Shown here: one piece after another, positions 10,441 to 16,874 of the stretch | Position numbering within the stretch: the first letter of the stretch is position 1 | Layout of the letters: each line of letters opens with the position of its first letter | Source: Candidatus Woesearchaeota archaeon | GTDB taxonomy: Archaea > Nanobdellota > Nanobdellia > Woesearchaeales > GW2011-AR9 | Direction of reading: 5' to 3' | NCBI GenBank assembly: GCA_018696595.1 | Contig: JABHQW010000008.1 | Location: 352,001 to 416,000 of the forward strand | Length of the DNA stretch: 64,000 nt | Notes under the pieces: generated by a model | Seen by the model: the letters and a program-made list of their open reading frames with translations, nothing else | What the model was told of the DNA's origin: nothing | Databases searched by the model: none | Translations under genes and position numbers: made by a program

Positions 10441-10719
10441 TCATCCCAAAGCCAGATCCATCTTTGCAATTTCTGCAGATTGAACACCTTCGATTTCGCC
10501 CATCTTAGCGGCGGTACCATCAAAGTCTCCACCTTCTACTTCATACATTGCTAGAACCATAACTGCTTTCAAACCGAAAGCGATTGGTTCAATTTTAGAT
10601 TGCATCTGTCCAATAGAACCTGCTTCTTCAGCAATTTTCATGGCTTTCTCTTTGATTGGTTCTAAATCTACATCAACAGATTCGGGCATTAATTTAAATG
10701 TAATAATTGCTTTTCCCAT
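10441..10719 (-). CDS. ef1b: elongation factor 1-beta
   Basis: KLMPES, EPIAFGLKA motif; GAGGTGA SD. Confidence 0.95.
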   Translation of the reverse strand: MGKAIITFKLMPESVDVDLEPIKEKAMKIAEEAGSIGQMQSKIEPIAFGLKAVMVLAMYEVEGGDFDGTAAKMGEIEGVQSAEIAKMDLALG

Positions 10720-10732
10720 AATTATTCACCTC

Positions 10733-10903
10733 TTAATTTGGCCCTTCGAATTCACAACTAGGACACTTGTACTTTACTGCATTAACACGACAATTACCAC
10801 ATCGAACAATTTCAAACTTACCACAGTTAGGGCAAGTAAATGTTGCATTGCCTTGGTCGTTAGCAACTTTCTTTTTACATGACATACAATGTTTTTCTTC
10901 CAT
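10733..10903 (-). CDS. small zinc-ribbon protein (DUF1610/COG2888 type), absent from the ORF track
   Basis: Manual translation MEEKHCMSCKKKVANDQGNATFTCPNCGKFEIVRCGNCRVNAVKYKCPSCEFEGPN; four CxxC pairs; this family commonly lies upstream of EF-1beta in archaea. Confidence 0.9.
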   Translation of the reverse strand: MEEKHCMSCKKKVANDQGNATFTCPNCGKFEIVRCGNCRVNAVKYKCPSCEFEGPN

Positions 10904-10979
10904 ATTAAAAACCTCTGATTGTTATTGTAGTTTCAAATTGGTCCTGTTTTATAAATATTGTGATGAAACAGATAAGAAG

Positions 10980-12029
10980 TTAGATTTTCATTAAAGGATA
11001 TTTCTTTTCATCCACTTTAGCTTTTTTCATAATCTTGCGGATATTGTTCATGGTTTTTCTATTCTGTTGTTTCTTTTTGTATTCTTGTTGATAACGATAA
11101 AATCTTCTGACTATTTCCTCTTTAGATGCTTTTTTAACAATCTTGTCATCAACAATTCCTGCTTTAACCATATTTACCCCCATATCAGTTGGGGAATGAT
11201 ATTGATTAATGTAGTTATCCTTTAGGGTAATTGCTTTAATCATTTTTTTAAGAATCCAAAAGTTTTCTATGTCTCTATTATAATTGACAACCTCCTTCTG
11301 ATAATATTTTAAGTGATAGGGGTCAATAATATTCTTATCCCCCAAATCAGCAGTGGCAGCTTCATAAGCAATATTTAATGGGTGATCTATAGGCATATTC
11401 CAGACCGGAAATGTTTCGAATTTAGCATACCCTGCATTAATTCCTTGAGATTGTTCATTAAATAATTGAGCAATACAAACTGCCATTTTTCCACTATTGC
11501 CTCCTGTGCCAGTAACGATGACTAATGGTTGTTTTGTTTTAATAAATGGCTTTTTTGGCAAGCCTTCTTTACTTAATAGTTTTTTCATATTCTTGGGATA
11601 ACCAGCCACTTTTGGATGCAAATAAACTTTCTCTCCTGTTTTTTTTAATTTATCTCTGAACTTCAATGCTTTCTTTTCATTTTCATATAACGTAATAACA
11701 ATCGCAGAAACATTCAATCCTTGATTTCTGATTTCACGAATTTCGTTTAGTGCTTGGGAATCGTAAGTTAACCCAGTATCTTGTCTAATTTTGCCTCTTT
11801 CAATGTCTTTTGCGCTAATACAATAAATTACTTCTAAGTTTTTTAGTTTTTTTAGGAGTTGAACTTTTGCATCAGCTTCATATCCAGGAAGAACTCGAGA
11901 TGCATGTCCATCATAAAGAAGTTTTCCACCAAACTCTAAATATAGCTTATTGTCAAATTTAGAAAGTCTTTCTTTAATCGCTTTTGTTTGCGCTATTAAA
12001 TATTTCTTAGTACTAAAACCCCTTTTCAT
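10980..12029 (-). CDS. DUF1846-family protein, short form
   Basis: KLYLEFGGKL..D.HASRVLPG, GNSGKMA, GYAKFETFPVWN, YEAATADL, NYNRD, SPTDMGVN. Confidence 0.85.
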   Translation of the reverse strand: MKRGFSTKKYLIAQTKAIKERLSKFDNKLYLEFGGKLLYDGHASRVLPGYEADAKVQLLKKLKNLEVIYCISAKDIERGKIRQDTGLTYDSQALNEIREIRNQGLNVSAIVITLYENEKKALKFRDKLKKTGEKVYLHPKVAGYPKNMKKLLSKEGLPKKPFIKTKQPLVIVTGTGGNSGKMAVCIAQLFNEQSQGINAGYAKFETFPVWNMPIDHPLNIAYEAATADLGDKNIIDPYHLKYYQKEVVNYNRDIENFWILKKMIKAITLKDNYINQYHSPTDMGVNMVKAGIVDDKIVKKASKEEIVRRFYRYQQEYKKKQQNRKTMNNIRKIMKKAKVDEKKYPLMKI

Positions 12030-12064
12030 AGAGGAAATGTTTTTTAGTTATTTAAATAACTTTC

Positions 12065-13162
12065 TTACTTCTCTTCAACAATAACTTTATTTCCTTCAAT
12101 CTTAAAACCAACTTCTAAGAAATGTTCGGTAACATAAATATTTGTTTTTGTGTGGTTACTAATTTCTCTGGTAAGAATTTCTGAATTTGGTAACAAAGCC
12201 ATAAACTGAATTAACTGATCTGCCAGGTTTCTATCAACGGCAGTGTCAGAAGAGATCTCTTTCTTTAACATCTCTGCGGCTTCTTTCCCAATTACTTCAG
12301 ATAGTTTACCTTTCTCCACTAAAGCATCTCCTCCTAGAATTACAGGATTATCAAAGTCCACTTTACCACCTAAACTAAAAATTCCCCAAAGAACAATCTC
12401 TCCTCCAATAGAAAGGGTATTTGCATATTCTACTCGTAAGTTCATTGGAACTTTATAATCTCGTAACAAATTTTCTGCAGACTTTTTAATTCTCTCACCT
12501 ATTTCTTTGTCTTCTAATTCTGATGACAGATTAACTATTCCGCGGATTTGTTCTAATTCTCCTTGAGAAACTAATTTTATTTTTGCTGTTCTAAAATTCA
12601 AATCTTCATAAAACTGTGCAAAGTTATCATAATCATTTAATTTAAATCTTGGATTAATCATCAGATGAACTTCCCCGCCACCTTTTGGATAGTACCCTTT
12701 CTTAATAACTTTTAATTCAATTTTTTCAACTAACCTTTGCAAGTGTGGAAGTAAAATATTTTGTAAGTAATATACAGAAGCTTGCCATTTACCACAAGTT
12801 CCGCCTTTAATTTTCAAAGTAACTTTTCCTGGTGCAAATAAACAAGGAAGAATTATTGCTTGTAAGAATAGAGTAATACTTCCTGCTGTGCCAATATCAA
12901 CTTCATAAACTCCTCTTTTAATTTTTCCTGGGTGATACCAAAATTCTTTTGTGCCTAATTCTACTTCAGAAGTTTTTGCTCCACAAATTTCTTTCAGGGT
13001 CTTAATAGCATGAAGATGTTGCGGTTTTAATCCGCCTTTGTCACCTTTACCTGCTCTGATTTTGTCAACAGAAAACGGTTTTCCAGTTAGTGTAGAAAGT
13101 GCAAGAGCAGTTCTAACTAATGCTCCTCCTCCAGATCCGTATGCGCCATCTAGTTTAATCAT
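12065..13162 (-). CDS. rtcA: RNA 3'-terminal phosphate cyclase
   Basis: DGAYGSGGG..VRTALALS, GLKPQH, GYYPKGGG, DQL, catalytic H in HTKTN. Confidence 0.93.
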   Translation of the reverse strand: MIKLDGAYGSGGGALVRTALALSTLTGKPFSVDKIRAGKGDKGGLKPQHLHAIKTLKEICGAKTSEVELGTKEFWYHPGKIKRGVYEVDIGTAGSITLFLQAIILPCLFAPGKVTLKIKGGTCGKWQASVYYLQNILLPHLQRLVEKIELKVIKKGYYPKGGGEVHLMINPRFKLNDYDNFAQFYEDLNFRTAKIKLVSQGELEQIRGIVNLSSELEDKEIGERIKKSAENLLRDYKVPMNLRVEYANTLSIGGEIVLWGIFSLGGKVDFDNPVILGGDALVEKGKLSEVIGKEAAEMLKKEISSDTAVDRNLADQLIQFMALLPNSEILTREISNHTKTNIYVTEHFLEVGFKIEGNKVIVEEK

Positions 13163-13196
13163 AATAAGTTAGAATTCATTATTGTTATTTAATATT

Positions 13197-13520
13197 TTAG
13201 TAAAATCCGTCATTATCTATGTGGATCTTAATATTTTCTGCAGAAATTTTTACTGAAGCACAATGTCCGTCTATGCCTCTAATCCCTTCTATCTTTTTAA
13301 CTAACTTTATTGCTTCGTCTGAATCAATATCTTTAATTGAAATAATATCAGCAGGTTTAATCTTGGCATGTTCTCTTATTGACATGATGAGGTGATATTT
13401 ATTTTCTTTTTCATATGGAGTTCTTTCTTCGTCAAAAATGCTGAGGTCAATTTCTAGGTTAACTTTATCAGGTAATAATTTCCTGACTTCTTCTTCCTCA
13501 AAAAATTTGCCATATGTCAT
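13197..13520 (-). CDS. hypothetical protein
   Basis: 107-aa ORF divergent from tRNA-Trp. Confidence 0.6.
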   Translation of the reverse strand: MTYGKFFEEEEVRKLLPDKVNLEIDLSIFDEERTPYEKENKYHLIMSIREHAKIKPADIISIKDIDSDEAIKLVKKIEGIRGIDGHCASVKISAENIKIHIDNDGFY

Positions 13521-13606
13521 AATAAAGATTTTTTAAACACTTATATTTAAATTTTTAGTTTTAAAACAAAAAACTTAATAAATGAACTTAGTTCTTAGTT
13601 GTTTGT

Positions 13607-13743
13607 GGGGACATAGTATAACCTGGCTAGTATAGGAGCCTCCAGTAATGGAGAGTTGAGTCTTACGGCGATGATAAACTTTTCCTGAAGCAAGCTTTAG
13701 ATCTGGGTTCGAATTTGTAAAAACGAAAGTCCCAGTGTCCCCA
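13607..13743 (+). tRNA. tRNA-Trp(CCA) with two introns (37/38: 13646-13692; T-loop 59/60: 13714-13729)
   Basis: Acceptor GGGGACA/TGTCCCC-A; anticodon arm GGAGC-CTCCAG..A-GCTTT; T-stem CTGGG/CCCAG; removing both introns gives a normal cloverleaf with T-loop TTCGAAT. Confidence 0.9.
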
Positions 13744-13798
13744 CTCTTTTCTTTCTACAAAACATATATAAACTAATTTCATTTAATTATCCATAGTA

Positions 13799-14974
13799 AT
13801 GTTAAAAAAAAGAGGTTCAGAAGAGAAAGGATTCTTTGCTAATCATAAACTAGCGATTGCTTCAACTACATTAATCGGAACAATCATTGGGGCCGGGATT
13901 TTAGGAATCCCTTACGTTATTGCTAAAACAGGATTTGTTTATGGCTTACTTTTAATTATTCTTTTAGGCGGGGCTTATGTTTTTCTTAATCTTTTTCTGG
14001 GCGAAGTTATTCTGAGAACTAAGAAACAACATCAACTTCCGGGGTATGCGGAAAAGTATTTGGGTAAATGGGGCAAACGACTAATGACTTTGTCAATGTT
14101 TATAGGTCTTTATGGTGCATTAACTGCTTACTTAATTGGAGAAGGTGCAGCATTACATACCATTTTTGGTTGGGGTGTTCCGTTAATGTACACTTTCATC
14201 TTTTTTGCAATAACTGTTTACATTATTTATCGGGGAATAAAAGCAACTGGTAAGGCAGAACTTATTTTGATCTCTTTACTCTTTCTAGTTGTTGTTTTCA
14301 TCGGTCTATTATCCTATAATCAGATTCAGTTTTCTAACTTGGTTCATTTTGATCTCACAAAAATACTTGTGCCTTACGGTGTAATAGTTTTTGCTTTTGT
14401 TGGCTTACCCTCAATTCCAGAAATGCAAGAGGAATTGGGTAGAGAAAAGAAAAAGATGAAAAAAGCAATTCTTGTGGGTTCAGTAATTCCAATTGTTCTT
14501 TACATTGCTTTTTCCTTAATCATTATTGGGATTGTTGGTTTGGAAAACTTTGAACTTTTAGGTCCTAATGAAAGAATTGCGACAATCGCTTTAAGTTTAT
14601 ACTCTAACCAAATCTTGGGGATATTCGCCAATTTGCTAGCAGTTTTAGCGATGTTCACTTCATTCTTAACAATAGGAACTGCCTTAGTTGAGATTTTTGA
14701 GTATGATTATGGTGTTTCTAGAAGGACCTCTTTATTGTTAACTTTTTCATTGCCTCTTCTAATTGTTTTGTTTAAACTCACCTCATTCATCGTTGTTTTA
14801 GGGATTACTGGTGCAATAGCGGGGGGTTTAGATGGTATTTTAGTGATGTTAATGTATTGGAAAGCCAAGAAACTTGGTGATAGAAAACCAGAATATACAA
14901 TGGGGAAACATTACATTTTGGGTGTCTTTTTGATTCTGATGTTTGTTGTTGGGATCGCTTATCAATTTTTCTAA
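13799..14974 (+). CDS. aromatic amino acid permease family (TyrP/Mtr-like) transporter
   Basis: GTIIGAGILGIP TM1 motif, about 11 TMs. Confidence 0.85.
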   Translation: MLKKRGSEEKGFFANHKLAIASTTLIGTIIGAGILGIPYVIAKTGFVYGLLLIILLGGAYVFLNLFLGEVILRTKKQHQLPGYAEKYLGKWGKRLMTLSMFIGLYGALTAYLIGEGAALHTIFGWGVPLMYTFIFFAITVYIIYRGIKATGKAELILISLLFLVVVFIGLLSYNQIQFSNLVHFDLTKILVPYGVIVFAFVGLPSIPEMQEELGREKKKMKKAILVGSVIPIVLYIAFSLIIIGIVGLENFELLGPNERIATIALSLYSNQILGIFANLLAVLAMFTSFLTIGTALVEIFEYDYGVSRRTSLLLTFSLPLLIVLFKLTSFIVVLGITGAIAGGLDGILVMLMYWKAKKLGDRKPEYTMGKHYILGVFLILMFVVGIAYQFF

Positions 14975-15019
14975 AACTTTTCTTTTTGGGTCGTTACTAC
15001 TTAAAGTTAGCAATAGTTA

Positions 15020-15036
15020 CGAAACTTTTATATATT
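15020..15036 (+). promoter_or_regulatory. BRE/TATA promoter of the 15096-19529 gene pair
   Basis: CGAAAC-TTTTTATATA matches the archaeal BRE+TATA pattern. Confidence 0.6.
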
Positions 15037-15095
15037 GGGTGTTACTTTTGAGTAGAAAATAGTCAAAAATCTTATTTTTATGGGGGAAATTTAAA

Positions 15096-16850
15096 ATGAA
15101 TATTAGAAAAATTGGAAGAAATGTTCTTAATGTTAGTAAATATACTGTTGCTGGTGCTACTTTGGGTGCTGGTTTATTTTTTGGTGGTCAAGCTTTAGCT
15201 GAAGAACCAAAAGATGTTGTTGAGCAACCTGACGCTTATGTAGAAGTTCAATCTGAAGTTCAGCCTGAACAAAGAGATCTTTATGATACTCAAACAGCTG
15301 AAGTTGCTGCGCCTCTTGAAGTTACTGTAACTCCTGAAGTTACTAATTATGAAACTCAATCAGCTCCTGAAGTCGTTGCACCTCTTGATGTTCAAACACC
15401 TGATGTTGCTACACCTCTTGAAGTTGCTGTAACTCCTGATACTCCTTCTCCGAGTTTCTCTTGGGGTGATTTGCTGAACGTGAATGGGCAAACTGTTATG
15501 CAAACTCCAACTGTAGAGCCTGTTGCAGAAACTAATCCCGTAGATTACAAGGGAACAACTCCTGCGGTTGCAGATCCGGATGTAGCAATTGTTAATCCTG
15601 CAGAACCCGTTCTAGAACCACAATCTCCTATTCCTGTTAATGAGGATGGAACTGCTTACAAGCTTGGACAAAAACCTGTTGTCGCTGATACTGTTGCAGG
15701 ACCTAATGCTGTTGATTACAAAGGAACAACTCCCGTAGTTGAACCAGCTGTTGCAGATAATCCTGTAGCTCCTTTAGAAGAAAAAGTTGCTGAAGTTAAA
15801 ACAGAAACACCTTCTCATGCTGGGAAATTCTCAGTAAGTGGATGTGAAAAAGGACAAGAAGCTTATTTAGTTGCAACCGAAGACGGAAGTAACTTGAAAG
15901 CAGAATGTAAAACTCCTAAGAAGAAAGGGCCAAGATGTGTTGAACAGTATGAAGGAAATGGTCGATGCATTGAACCCGTTTTAGCAGAATCTCATAATGT
16001 GCTTACTCCTGCTGTAAAAGGATTATGTCCTGGAACAACTCTATGTTATGATAGTTCTGAAGTTGACAATCTTGGTGAACAAATTGCTTTAGTTGCAAGA
16101 GTTTCTGAAGATAATAGAACCTATATCCATCAATTGGATGAATCTGTTAGCCAAAATGGTCAAAATCTTAGTGAGTTAAGTGAAGTTGTTGATCAAAATG
16201 AACAAATTATTGATGAGTTAGATACTGCAGTTGATAAAAACTCTCGTGGTATTGGTTCTCTTGATAAAAAAGTTTCTGATCAATATAAAGTTAAATCTAC
16301 TGATAAAAATAATGTTGAAGTTAACTTAAATCTTAGAGGAACGGTTTCTGCCGGAATTGGTGCTGACTCAGACTCAATTGCTGTTTACATTGAACCTGAA
16401 TTAAGTGTTGGCGGAACTTTCGGAGAACATTTCGGATTATTTGGTTATGTTAACGGAAATATTCCTGCATATGACCCTTCAGAAACTGATAACCATGAAA
16501 ATGATTTAGGAATCATGACTGAAAATGTAGATACTGAAACAAACACTTCTCGAAGAGCTGGAGCTGGTTTAATGGCTAGGTTTCCTGTTGCTGATGGTGC
16601 TGTTACTCCTTATGCTAAAGTAGGAGCTGCTTTTATGCAAACTGAAGCAAGTAAAGATATTTCTCGTAATGGGGAAGAAATTGATGCCCTGTCTGACAAT
16701 TACAATGGCGTTGGTTTAGAAGGCGCATTAGGAATTGACTTTGACTTTGGTCAACCAGGCGGAATTGTTTTAGGTTTAGAAGGAAGAGCAAATTCCTTTG
16801 GTGGCGGATACGGCGCAGGATCTGGAATGTTAGGATACACTTTCAAATAG
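15096..16850 (+). CDS. secreted protein: signal peptide, Pro/Val/Thr-rich repeats, Cys-rich domain, coiled coil, C-terminal putative 8-stranded beta-barrel
   Basis: Signal peptide ending ALA-EE; C-terminal 180 aa show alternating hydrophobic strands ending GMLGYTFK. Confidence 0.8.
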   Translation: MNIRKIGRNVLNVSKYTVAGATLGAGLFFGGQALAEEPKDVVEQPDAYVEVQSEVQPEQRDLYDTQTAEVAAPLEVTVTPEVTNYETQSAPEVVAPLDVQTPDVATPLEVAVTPDTPSPSFSWGDLLNVNGQTVMQTPTVEPVAETNPVDYKGTTPAVADPDVAIVNPAEPVLEPQSPIPVNEDGTAYKLGQKPVVADTVAGPNAVDYKGTTPVVEPAVADNPVAPLEEKVAEVKTETPSHAGKFSVSGCEKGQEAYLVATEDGSNLKAECKTPKKKGPRCVEQYEGNGRCIEPVLAESHNVLTPAVKGLCPGTTLCYDSSEVDNLGEQIALVARVSEDNRTYIHQLDESVSQNGQNLSELSEVVDQNEQIIDELDTAVDKNSRGIGSLDKKVSDQYKVKSTDKNNVEVNLNLRGTVSAGIGADSDSIAVYIEPELSVGGTFGEHFGLFGYVNGNIPAYDPSETDNHENDLGIMTENVDTETNTSRRAGAGLMARFPVADGAVTPYAKVGAAFMQTEASKDISRNGEEIDALSDNYNGVGLEGALGIDFDFGQPGGIVLGLEGRANSFGGGYGAGSGMLGYTFK

Positions 16851-16874
16851 AGTTTGATGTGAGGTAAACTTAAA

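Noticed and set aside
10640-10994. Plus-strand ORFs 10640-10882 and 10767-10994
   Set aside because: They overlap EF-1beta and the zinc-ribbon gene on the minus strand, which have far better support
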